DNA of 38,771 nucleotides, from positions 1 through 38,771 of the forward strand of contig JAZQHX010000318.1 of assembly GCA_045540835.1 (NCBI GenBank), in the 5' to 3' direction. Under the pieces are notes generated by a model. It searched no databases. It was not told the origin of the DNA and saw nothing but the letters and a program-made list of their open reading frames with translations. Made by a program: the position numbers and the translations under genes. Numbering within the stretch: position 1 is the first letter of the stretch; each line of letters begins with the position of its first letter. This stretch comes from Acutalibacteraceae bacterium (lineage in GTDB: Bacteria > Bacillota > Clostridia > Oscillospirales > Acutalibacteraceae). Below, piece by piece: positions 15,542 to 23,883 of the stretch.

Positions 15542-16720
15542 ATGAAATTTACCGTAAAAAGAACCAAGATGCTTGATGCCATGAAAACGGTTTTAGCCGT
15601 TGTACCGGATAAAAGCTTAATTGAAGAAATCAGAGGTGTACTTTTCACCGTGAACGCAGGAACGGGAACGGTAAATGTTGCCGGTACTGACCTTCAGACA
15701 TGGATTGAAAAAAGAGTTCCGTGTGAGCATATAAGCGAGGATGGGGAATTGGTATTAAAGCCCATAGTATCGGATATGCTCCGTCTTATGTCGGGGGAAA
15801 CAGTAGAATTTGAGCAAACAGCGGGCGCACTCCGAATTACATGCGGCAGTACGGTATATGACGTTCCGTATATTGATGCTGCGAGTTTTCCAAAATGCAG
15901 TATCAAATATCCCGAAAATACAATACGCATACAGGGTATTAACTCCCTTATTAAGCGTACTGTATTTGCTGCAGAGGGTAAAACTGACGATAAAAACCGT
16001 GTGAAAATGCAGTTTGTCAAGCTTACCTTTAAAGGCGGTAATTCCTATGCTGAAGCAACAAACGGAAACTGTACGGCAATTTCTGCTTCTCTTCACTGCG
16101 CAGATGGTAATCTATCGCTTATCGTGCACGAAAAAGCACTGCAAATACTGTCTAAAATTGTTTCGCCAGATGATGAGATATATGTCGGCTCTGAAGGTAA
16201 GATAGCAGTATTTATGCGGCCCGATACCATGTTTATAACCCTGCTCCATACAGGCGATTATGTTGAGGGCAGCAAGATAATGTCCCGACTCAAAAGCGAG
16301 TACGGAGCAATAACGGATACCCGTAAAATGGCTGACCTTTTAGAGAATGCAACCTCACTTTTCAGGCCTACGGATGACCAATGTATAAACATTAGCATAC
16401 GTGGCGGAAAAATAACTGCAAGGGGGCTTACAAGTGTAGGCAGGAGTGAAGCATCCATTGATGCAACACATACTGTAGACACAGCGGAAGAGGGCTTTAA
16501 TTATAAGCCTAAACTTCTTCTTGATTGCTTAAAGCATTCAACAGGACCACTCAGGATTTCAATGGACAAGAGAGGTTTTTTAATGTTTGAGGCTAATCAA
16601 AGCAGATTTCTTGTATGTCCGCGCCGAGAGGTGCAAATCAAAAAGGAAGAGCCTAAAAAGGCGGCAAAACCCAAGACCAGAAAGACAAAGGCAAAGACCG
16701 CACAACCTGCAGCGGCTTAA
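15542..16720 (+). CDS. DNA polymerase III beta sliding-clamp homolog with a basic K/P/A tail
   Basis: 392 aa. The N-terminus MKFTVKRTKMLDAMKTVLAVVPDKS...GTDLQTWIE follows the DnaN pattern and the length fits three clamp domains. It carries an extra KKEEPKKAAKPKTRKTKAKTAQPAAA tail. Confidence 0.7.
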   Translation: MKFTVKRTKMLDAMKTVLAVVPDKSLIEEIRGVLFTVNAGTGTVNVAGTDLQTWIEKRVPCEHISEDGELVLKPIVSDMLRLMSGETVEFEQTAGALRITCGSTVYDVPYIDAASFPKCSIKYPENTIRIQGINSLIKRTVFAAEGKTDDKNRVKMQFVKLTFKGGNSYAEATNGNCTAISASLHCADGNLSLIVHEKALQILSKIVSPDDEIYVGSEGKIAVFMRPDTMFITLLHTGDYVEGSKIMSRLKSEYGAITDTRKMADLLENATSLFRPTDDQCINISIRGGKITARGLTSVGRSEASIDATHTVDTAEEGFNYKPKLLLDCLKHSTGPLRISMDKRGFLMFEANQSRFLVCPRREVQIKKEEPKKAAKPKTRKTKAKTAQPAAA

Positions 16721-16735
16721 AGTAGGAGGTAATTT

Positions 16736-18100
16736 ATGTTAAGAGATAAAATTAACGCAATAATATCCGAGGTTAACTCACAGCTTGCTGAAAGGGAGGA
16801 GCTTGTATATACCATAGCTTTAGCCCTTTTAACAAGAAAAAACCTGTTTGTTCTCGGCGACCCCGGACAGGCAAAATCTCAGGCTATAGACAGCTTCCGT
16901 TCTCATATACGGGATGCCAGACAGTTTGAGATTCTTATGAGCAAGGGTATAGACCAAGAACAGCTTTTCGGACGTCTTGACCTTGCAAGCATCATTCCGG
17001 GACATGTATCAGGCTCGGTATTAAATGATGATGAGGGCTATAAGCAGCTTTCTTTTGAGCTTGAGTGTGTACTGCGTGATGCTGCGGGCAATACCGATTG
17101 CGCTCAGTATTTTAACTCAATTCAGGTCAAACGGGAAAGGCTTGAGGAATACAGAAAGGCACTTGCCGAAATAAAGGGAAATGCTCCGCAGATTATTACT
17201 GCAGGGAAAATTCCCGATAGCCATATTTGTTTCCTTGATGAAATATTTAAGGCAAATGACGGCGTGCTTAACAGTCTTCTTAAAGCCCTAAACGAGCGCA
17301 CCTATACAAATGAGGGCGTTGTGGTAAATATCCCCGTTATCAGCTTTTTCTCGGCATCCAATGAAATACCCAATTTCAACAATCCCGAGGAAAAGTCATT
17401 ACGGGCATTATATGACCGTTTTGATTTTAAGGTGTTTACCCGAAATGTTGAGGCAAAGCAAAATCGAATGGATATACTGCGTAAAAAACAGGGCGGACAA
17501 GCGACAACAACCGTTACATACATTACCCTTGAAGAGCTTGCCGAGATGCAAAAGGCAGTAAGTGAGGTAAAGGTACCTGACAGCATCAATGAGCTTGCAG
17601 ACAATATTTTATGTGAGCTTCGCCGCAAGGATATATCTGTCAGCGACCGTACCTATTTTAACTTTGCGCCTGTTGTGCAGGCTAATGCATACCTTTGCGG
17701 CAGAGATACCGTAAAGCCTGAAGATATGAAGGCTCTTATCAATTATTTGTGGAATAAGCCCCACGAGTATGCGGTTGTAGAGCAAACAATATCGAGACTT
17801 ACGGAAAATCCCCTCGGAGATAAGCTTGATAAACTTTTAGCTGAAGCATTTGAGCATAAAAAGAACTTCGATGCTGCGACAGATAAGCTTCAGGCTTTGG
17901 TAACATTCAGAAAGAATCTTGTTAAGGTTTATATTGAAGCCGAAAAGCTAAAAGACGGATTGACAGAGGGCGATGCCGCAATAAGTGCAGTTGATGGTAT
18001 GATTTCGTCGCTTGAAGCTTTAAGTAAAGAGGCGCATGACAATACCGGATATACCTATTTGCCGCTTTCGGAACTAAAAGCGTTTTTCGCTGTAAAATAA
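16736..18100 (+). CDS. MoxR-class AAA+ ATPase, RavA-like
   Basis: 454 aa. Walker A LGDPGQAKS and Walker B/sensor FLDEIFKANDGVLNSLLKALNER closely follow the RavA pattern (GPPGIAKS; FLDEIWKA..ILNTLL.AINER). Confidence 0.8.
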   Translation: MLRDKINAIISEVNSQLAEREELVYTIALALLTRKNLFVLGDPGQAKSQAIDSFRSHIRDARQFEILMSKGIDQEQLFGRLDLASIIPGHVSGSVLNDDEGYKQLSFELECVLRDAAGNTDCAQYFNSIQVKRERLEEYRKALAEIKGNAPQIITAGKIPDSHICFLDEIFKANDGVLNSLLKALNERTYTNEGVVVNIPVISFFSASNEIPNFNNPEEKSLRALYDRFDFKVFTRNVEAKQNRMDILRKKQGGQATTTVTYITLEELAEMQKAVSEVKVPDSINELADNILCELRRKDISVSDRTYFNFAPVVQANAYLCGRDTVKPEDMKALINYLWNKPHEYAVVEQTISRLTENPLGDKLDKLLAEAFEHKKNFDAATDKLQALVTFRKNLVKVYIEAEKLKDGLTEGDAAISAVDGMISSLEALSKEAHDNTGYTYLPLSELKAFFAVK

Positions 18101-18120
18101 TTAAGAAATGAGGAAATATA

Positions 18121-18540
18121 ATGTTAAATTTAACAGTAATGACAGGTAGACTCACAGCAGATCCGGAACTCAGATACACAGAAGGTAATAATACCCCCGT
18201 TTGTAATTTAACTATTGCAAATCAGCGTAATTATCCAAACGCTGAGGGAGAGCGTGATACCGATTTCTTCAATTATGTTGCTTGGAGAAAAAACGCAGAG
18301 TTTATCTGTAAATATTTTAAAAAGGGTTCATTGATTACCTTGGTAAGCTCAGCACAAACAAGGCGTTATCAGGAGAACGAAACAGGCAAAACAAGAGTTG
18401 TGGTTGAATTTATTGTAAACCAGGCTCAGTTTGCCGAGAGTAAAAAGGGCGCCGATGGCGGAGAGCCTAGCGCAGATGCACCCGATGACATTGTTGCAGA
18501 TTTCGGCGATGTCAGTGCAGATGATGATCTTCCGTTTTAA
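18121..18540 (+). CDS. ssb: Single-stranded DNA-binding protein
   Basis: 139 aa. OB-fold start MLNLTVMTGRLTADPELRY, acidic tail ending DDDLPF. Confidence 0.9.
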   Translation: MLNLTVMTGRLTADPELRYTEGNNTPVCNLTIANQRNYPNAEGERDTDFFNYVAWRKNAEFICKYFKKGSLITLVSSAQTRRYQENETGKTRVVVEFIVNQAQFAESKKGADGGEPSADAPDDIVADFGDVSADDDLPF

Positions 18541-18555
18541 ATTCGGGGTAATACT

Positions 18556-18798
18556 ATGACAGCAAATATTGTAAGACTTGATATTGTTGATAGCGGCCCT
18601 GAAAAAGAATCCGAACGAATATTATCTACATTTTATTTGCTAAATCCTGATATGAACAAGCTCAATGATTATAAGCAAAGGCTTGAAAAAAGAGAGGATG
18701 CTTTAATGGATGAGATTGACGGTATTTGGGATATTGAAGGTTATATTACAGATAACTTTGAGACGATAGATGTAGAAACGATTGAGTTTAAATGGTAA
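18556..18798 (+). CDS. Hypothetical small acidic protein
   Basis: 80 aa, lying in the operon frame. No family recognised. Confidence 0.5.
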   Translation: MTANIVRLDIVDSGPEKESERILSTFYLLNPDMNKLNDYKQRLEKREDALMDEIDGIWDIEGYITDNFETIDVETIEFKW

Positions 18799-18818
18799 TA
18801 ACCGAAAGGAGTAATATT

Positions 18819-18995
18819 ATGAGTACCGATAGAATTTATGTTACAAATCTAACTATAATGGGCGAGAAGGTAAGAGTTGATTTTTCTGATGGTGACCACA
18901 CCTTCGTAACCTACAATGATTACAACCGTGCCTTGATGGCTATTGCGAATGCCAGCAAGGAAGAAATAATCCGCGATTTCGCAATTAAGTCCTGA
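18819..18995 (+). CDS. Hypothetical small protein
   Basis: ORF trimmed to the ATG at 18819, which follows RBS AAAGGAG. 58 aa. Confidence 0.5.
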   Translation: MSTDRIYVTNLTIMGEKVRVDFSDGDHTFVTYNDYNRALMAIANASKEEIIRDFAIKS

Positions 18996-19015
18996 TTATC
19001 TTATAAAAAATAAAA

Positions 19016-19043
19016 CTCACGGGCAGGGAAACCTGTCCGTGAG
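19016..19043. other. Perfect 12-bp hairpin without a plus-strand U-tract
   Basis: CTCACGGGCAGG-GAAA-CCTGTCCGTGAG. The A-run 5' means it would act as a terminator only on the minus strand. On the plus strand it may be an RNA stability or processing element. Confidence 0.35.
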
Positions 19044-19067
19044 CAGTAAAAATAAACGGAGGACAAA

Positions 19068-20612
19068 ATGAGAAATCGTAATATTTTCAGAGATTTTGGC
19101 GAAGCAGATAACTGGCTTAACAGCCACCTGCTTACAAATCGGAACCCTATAACAGATAGGCTTTTTCAATCAACAAGGCTTACCGACCTTATCTACTCGG
19201 GACTTTCCTTTGAGGATGTGTTCTATAACACTGAAAACCTCAAATTCCCTGTAAATACTGAAAGAATATCGCAAGATATGTTTGGAGCATTGTTTTCGCC
19301 GGTTATAAGGAAAAACGATAACGAATCACTTTTCAGGCGGGAAAGAATGTTCAATAAGCCCCTTATGGACAGAGTGCTTCGGGATGATAGGTTTGATACC
19401 CTTAAATCCCTTTGCGAAGATAAGGAAATGACAAGCTATGATGCTGCCTCGGTTTTTGCACATACCTTGCAGGAACTCCTAAACGAAAAGCCCTATGAGC
19501 CTGAAAGAAATTATCTTATTGTTATTAAAACGCTCGAAGGGCAAATCGAAGGCGCAATTGCTGAAATTCAGGCAATGAGAGCAGATAAGAAGATAAATCC
19601 CGATAGATATCTTGTTTTAGTTAATAAGATACGCGCAAAGCTTTCTCAGGTAAAGAATCTTGAGAAAAGGCTTAAAAAGGATGCTCTTATTTATATTCAA
19701 TCCATAGAAGAGGATATAAATATTGCCTTGGATACTGCAGTAAACCGTGCCGCTGAAACCCATAGCATAATGTCTGCTTGGGGAAATGACAGTGGTGAAA
19801 TGAAAAGCACACCCTTAAACCGTGACCTGCTTGACTATGTCAAAAAGAGTGAAGAACTCAGGCGCATAGCAGTGTTGCTTGGCCGATACCGTGAAATAAT
19901 TGCGGATAAGCGTAAAAACGGTTATGCATACGGGCTGGGAGAGAAGTATGACCTTACTACAGGAAACGATATAACTAACTGCCTGTCAAGTGAGTTAGCA
20001 CTCCTCGGAACACCCGAAACCGAAATTCTTTTTATGCGAAAATATGAGCAAAAAAGACTTCAGCAGTACCGTAAGCGCACGCAGGTTATAAAGGGTAAGG
20101 GAGATATGATTGTCCTTGTGGACGAAAGCTCCAGTACCCGAAGGGTTACAGGATGGGCAAAAGCGTTTACACTCGCTCTCTTGGATATTGCGGCACGTGA
20201 TAAACGCAAGTTTGCTGTGGTGCACTTTGCATCTGCAAGGGATATCAAGACTGATTTATTCGAGCCTGATAAATACACATCACAGGATGTAATGAAAGCC
20301 GCTGAACATTTTTGGGGCGGCGGTACAAATTTCGAAGCACCGTTTAAAGAGGCTATACGGCTTATGGAGAACGGATATGAAAATGCGGATATTACGATAA
20401 TAACCGATGGTGAATGTGAAATGTCCGACACTTTCTGCGAGGAGTTACATACCAAGCTTCAAAGCTATAAGGCTACCGTTACGGGAATTCTTTTAGATAA
20501 GGATGAGCCCTGCGGTACGGCGCTTGAGCCATTCTGCAATAAAATCTATCATTCGAAAGAGCTCACCGAAGATGAAATTGCAATAGATATCATCCAAGGA
20601 AAAGCTGCTTAA
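19068..20612 (+). CDS. von Willebrand factor A (VWA) domain protein, ViaA-like partner of the AAA+ ATPase
   Basis: 514 aa. The C-terminal VWA has MIDAS motif VLVDESSST, then GGGTNF and ITDGE. Confidence 0.75.
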   Translation: MRNRNIFRDFGEADNWLNSHLLTNRNPITDRLFQSTRLTDLIYSGLSFEDVFYNTENLKFPVNTERISQDMFGALFSPVIRKNDNESLFRRERMFNKPLMDRVLRDDRFDTLKSLCEDKEMTSYDAASVFAHTLQELLNEKPYEPERNYLIVIKTLEGQIEGAIAEIQAMRADKKINPDRYLVLVNKIRAKLSQVKNLEKRLKKDALIYIQSIEEDINIALDTAVNRAAETHSIMSAWGNDSGEMKSTPLNRDLLDYVKKSEELRRIAVLLGRYREIIADKRKNGYAYGLGEKYDLTTGNDITNCLSSELALLGTPETEILFMRKYEQKRLQQYRKRTQVIKGKGDMIVLVDESSSTRRVTGWAKAFTLALLDIAARDKRKFAVVHFASARDIKTDLFEPDKYTSQDVMKAAEHFWGGGTNFEAPFKEAIRLMENGYENADITIITDGECEMSDTFCEELHTKLQSYKATVTGILLDKDEPCGTALEPFCNKIYHSKELTEDEIAIDIIQGKAA

Positions 20613-20620
20613 AACCAAAA

Positions 20621-20656
20621 GGAGATACCGCCATAAACGGTATCTCCTGATTTTTT
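20621..20656 (+). terminator. Intrinsic terminator ending operon 1
   Basis: 10-bp perfect stem GGAGATACCG/CGGTATCTCC followed by TGATTTTTT. Confidence 0.75.
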
Positions 20657-20815
20657 GCATAATATAAGGGGCGCCGCCAACCCCTCAGCGACACCCCATT
20701 AAAAAGGACAAATACAAAATAGCATATATTTGTTGCTTTGTCAAATAATTCAGGGGTGTTTTTGAAAATTATTTTTAAAAGAATTCTTACACGGATTTTA
20801 GTGTTCTCTCAGCGC

Positions 20816-20844
20816 TTGACAACACCTTAAAAATACAGTATAAT
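20816..20844 (+). promoter_or_regulatory. Consensus sigma-A promoter P2 (operon 2)
   Basis: TTGACA (20816-20821), 17-nt spacer, TATAAT (20839-20844). Confidence 0.7.
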
Positions 20845-20943
20845 AATTATGTTCTAAGGTTTGATTTAACTCCCGTTTAATCGGGCGTTTGTTTGAGTTA
20901 AGAGGTCGGATTTATCCTATAAGGATAAGTCCGCTTTTTTGTT
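20839..20943 (+). repeat. Conserved leader, copy 2 (partner at 11552-11656)
   Basis: 103/105 identical to copy 1. A second short conserved block TTAATAAACC(C)AA(R)CGG follows in both copies (11664-11681 / 20969-20985). Confidence 0.85.
20904..20940 (+). terminator. Leader terminator T1 (copy 2)
   Basis: Same stem as copy 1 with loop ATA instead of GTT, then TTTTTT. Confidence 0.7.
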
Positions 20944-20998
20944 ATCTGCCATAAGCAGATTAGTAAATTTAATAAACCAAACGGTAATTCCAAAGAAG

Positions 20999-21040
20999 GA
21001 CCGGCTTTCACTGTGCTCAGTTGAAGGTCGGTCTTTTTTT
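20999..21040 (+). terminator. Leader terminator T2 (copy 2)
   Basis: 12-bp stem GACCGGCTTTCA/TGAAGGTCGGTC (two G:T) followed by 7 T. Confidence 0.65.
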
Positions 21041-21075
21041 GTTTTACAAATAAAATACGAAAGGACAAAACCATC

Positions 21076-22392
21076 ATGAGCGAAAACAAAAACCCCTTCG
21101 GCGATTTTTTAGACCTAGGAGATAACGGTGACGTAGGCAATCTTTTTGCCGAACTGGACTTTCCTGAGACACCCGCCGAAAAGACAGAACCCCAAACCCC
21201 GGCGCAGACAGAAACTGCGTCAAATGAGCCTGCGAAGCAGGAAAGTAAGGCCGAAGTGAGCATAGCTGAGGGAAAGGCGGCACCTGCCGAAACAGCAGAC
21301 GTTGACCCCTTTGCCGCGGCACTTGCCAAAGCGCAGGAAGCCAGCAATCAAAGACTGGCAGAAAGCTTTGCTGCAAAACCTGCAGTTTTCACCTACGGCA
21401 AGGCAAAAGACCCTATAGAAGACAAGGATTGCACCTTTGAGGAGCTCCGCCAGAAGTATGAGGGAGATTTCCCTGAATTATCTGACGCCAAAAGAGTAAC
21501 ATGGACAGTTACTTACGGTAAATCCTCTAAAACCATAGCTAATCCCGGCTCGGACAGGGTATATGAAATTAAAGAGGAAATTGAAAAATCCAAGACCTTT
21601 CTCGATGGCATTAAAAAGGCAAAGAAGGATGAAGAGAAGAATCCTGAATGTATTATTAAGCCCAGCGTGAGAGCACAAAGCAAGGGTAAGATTATAAGAC
21701 TTCCCGAGTATAAGGATTTTCAGTTTACCGAATCTGATGCACGTGCATCGGATAAACCAATAGTTCTTCTCCCGTCGAAAGACGGGAGAATCTACCAAAT
21801 GCGAAAAACACCTGTAGGAGTGTTTACGGCTCCCGCTGAAAACATCAAGGAATTTGATGAAATTCAGTCCGGTTTTCATATGTGTATGCCTAAAATCCCA
21901 TTTAAAATATTTTTCTTTATACTGAACTTTTTCAGAGCAGTATCAGATAAATATGCATACGAGGCTTTGGCGCATATTCTTTATGATACCAACGAACAGC
22001 GGTATGTTGTAAAGATTCCAAAGCAGCGGGTGTCCCACGCAAGTGTAAACTCGGTTATGGATTCAGACTATCCCGACCACCTTATCCACGTTATGGATAT
22101 ACATTCCCATAACACAATGCCCGCAGAGTTTTCGGGTATTGATGATGACGACGAAAAGGCTACAAGGCTTTACGGAGTTATTGGCCGACTGGATAGGATA
22201 TTACCGGATATAAAGATCAGAGCAGGTTGCGCAGGCAGCTATATCTATCTTAAGCCCGAAGATATCTTTGATGTCGAGGATGCCGACCATCCTTATCCTA
22301 CAGAATGGGATGAGCAGATAGTAGCGATGGAAATGCCAAAATTTAAAGGCTTTTTTCCTAAAAGGCTGCGTGCAAAGGATGTGTATATATGA
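21076..22392 (+). CDS. JAB/MPN (JAMM) metallopeptidase-domain protein with a long low-complexity N-terminal region
   Basis: 438 aa. Exact JAMM motif H343-S-H345-x7-S353-x2-D356 (HSHNTMPAEFSGID, nt 22102-22143) with upstream Glu in AYEALAH. Residues 1-100 are E/A/P/T-rich. Confidence 0.75.
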   Translation: MSENKNPFGDFLDLGDNGDVGNLFAELDFPETPAEKTEPQTPAQTETASNEPAKQESKAEVSIAEGKAAPAETADVDPFAAALAKAQEASNQRLAESFAAKPAVFTYGKAKDPIEDKDCTFEELRQKYEGDFPELSDAKRVTWTVTYGKSSKTIANPGSDRVYEIKEEIEKSKTFLDGIKKAKKDEEKNPECIIKPSVRAQSKGKIIRLPEYKDFQFTESDARASDKPIVLLPSKDGRIYQMRKTPVGVFTAPAENIKEFDEIQSGFHMCMPKIPFKIFFFILNFFRAVSDKYAYEALAHILYDTNEQRYVVKIPKQRVSHASVNSVMDSDYPDHLIHVMDIHSHNTMPAEFSGIDDDDEKATRLYGVIGRLDRILPDIKIRAGCAGSYIYLKPEDIFDVEDADHPYPTEWDEQIVAMEMPKFKGFFPKRLRAKDVYI

Positions 22393-23189
22393 GGATGTCG
22401 AGAACCTCTCCCGTTAAAATTATTGTAATAGGAGCAGGCGGAACGGGCGGTTATGTTATACCGCACCTATACCGTTTGTCTTATGCTTTAAGACGGGATA
22501 TAAGAGTTATTATCTGCGATGGAGATTTGGTAGAGGAAAAGAACCTTATAAGGCAGAACTTTATTGCTCAGGACATCGGGAGAAATAAAGCGCAGGTACA
22601 GGCTGAACGGTATTCAGCGGCCTTTGGTATCGAGTGCGAATATATCCCGAGATATGTTGAGAGCGTAGAAAATCTTGCAAGTCTTGTAAGACCGGATTTC
22701 TATAAAGGCAATCAGCATATTGAAACGCAGGATGTTATCCTGCTCGGCTGTGTAGATAATAATAATTCCCGTCAGATTTGTCATAAAGTATTCGGCAAAC
22801 AAAAGGATATTGTTTACATAGATTCGGGCAACGGAGAGCATACCGGTCAGGTTGTATGCGGAGTAAGGCAAAAGGGAAAAACGGTATATAAATCGGTTTG
22901 TACGAAGTATCCTGATATGCGTAAAAAGACCGATAAATTACCTTCAGAGCTTTCCTGTGCAGAACGCAGCGTATCTGCTCCACAGAGCGTTACGGCAAAT
23001 TTAATGGCAGCAACTGCAGTTGTGAGCTTTCTTTACGATTTGCTTGTATGCGGAGAGCTTAAAACCGAATCGGTAACCTTTTCTTCAAAGCAGATAAATA
23101 TGCGCCCTGAGTTTGAAGAGCCGCCTAAACCAAAGGCGAAGACAAAGCCTAAAACCAAAGCAGCCAAGACTGCGAAACGAAAGGAGTAA
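22389..23189 (+). CDS. ThiF/MoeB/E1-like adenylyltransferase
   Basis: 266 aa with a 4-nt ATGA overlap with the JAB gene. Rossmann motif VIGAGGTGG and DGDLVEEKNLIRQNF (the DxDxV...NLxRQ motif of E1-like enzymes). Basic tail PPKPKAKTKPKTKAAKTAKRKE. Confidence 0.75.
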   Translation: MRMSRTSPVKIIVIGAGGTGGYVIPHLYRLSYALRRDIRVIICDGDLVEEKNLIRQNFIAQDIGRNKAQVQAERYSAAFGIECEYIPRYVESVENLASLVRPDFYKGNQHIETQDVILLGCVDNNNSRQICHKVFGKQKDIVYIDSGNGEHTGQVVCGVRQKGKTVYKSVCTKYPDMRKKTDKLPSELSCAERSVSAPQSVTANLMAATAVVSFLYDLLVCGELKTESVTFSSKQINMRPEFEEPPKPKAKTKPKTKAAKTAKRKE

Positions 23190-23192
23190 CCT

Positions 23193-23414
23193 ATGAAACA
23201 GCAAGAATTTATTGTTTCCTACGATAAGCAAAAATGCCGTATTAACGGTCAGACGGGTACGATTAAAACGGTCCGTATCGAAGAGGTATTACCTGATGGT
23301 ACTAAAAAGACCGTACATACCGATGTGCGTTATATCAGCAGCGGTAAACCTAATCCCTTAAGGAATCTTATAAGCATTATAAGTACACCTAAAAAGGATA
23401 GGAGAGCTGCCTGA
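23193..23414 (+). CDS. 73-aa protein of unknown function directly after the E1-like gene
   Basis: RBS AAGGAG. Predicted mostly beta and ends RRAA. No Gly-Gly terminus. Confidence 0.55.
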   Translation: MKQQEFIVSYDKQKCRINGQTGTIKTVRIEEVLPDGTKKTVHTDVRYISSGKPNPLRNLISIISTPKKDRRAA

Positions 23415-23839
23415 TGACATACGGATATTGGCGTCCCGTTTGTGCTGCAAAGCTTCCTGCCTGCGATGGATTTTTAATAAGCTCCAAGGCGATATATAAA
23501 TCGAATATTGATAAGGATTGGAATACCTTTTTAAATCAGCTTATTGCTGAGCTACAGAGCAGAGAACCAAGCCTTAAGCAAATATGCGATTGGAAGCTTT
23601 ACAGTGAGGAAGATAAACTGTTTGTGGTACTTAAAAATGAATCCGTGGATATTATCGTTGAGGATGTGCCGGGCTTTGTTGCAGTTTACGTTATTGTGCC
23701 AAAAGAGTGCAAAATTAAAAGAACAGCAAAAAAGCAGCATCCGAGATATACCGAAATTCTAAAAATGAGCCTTTCAAAGTTTTATAAAGGAAATATCTAT
23801 AAGAGAATAGATACCCGAAATATAGAGCTTGCAGGTTAA
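23414..23839 (+). CDS. Hypothetical protein
   Basis: 141 aa. Its ATG overlaps the upstream TGA by 1 nt. Ends ELAG. Confidence 0.55.
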   Translation: MTYGYWRPVCAAKLPACDGFLISSKAIYKSNIDKDWNTFLNQLIAELQSREPSLKQICDWKLYSEEDKLFVVLKNESVDIIVEDVPGFVAVYVIVPKECKIKRTAKKQHPRYTEILKMSLSKFYKGNIYKRIDTRNIELAG

Positions 23840-23883
23840 ACCGAGGTCGCAGTTAATGCGGTCTTTTTTATTTGGAGGAAAAT

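Noticed and set aside
21057-21075. Recurrent GAAAGGAC(A)AA motif upstream of several operon genes (also near 11757, 19058, 26323, 26865, 29829 and 33413)
   Set aside because: It sits 7-11 nt before start codons of genes that follow intergenic gaps. It is most simply the element's preferred Shine-Dalgarno context (AAAGGA) rather than a separate regulatory signal.
20898-21376. 149-aa and 100-aa minus-strand ORFs overlapping the leader and the 5' end of the JAB gene
   Set aside because: They are Ser/Ala/Leu-rich shadow ORFs opposite the low-complexity E/A/P/T-rich N-terminus of the plus-strand gene. They have no RBS and run against the operon direction.
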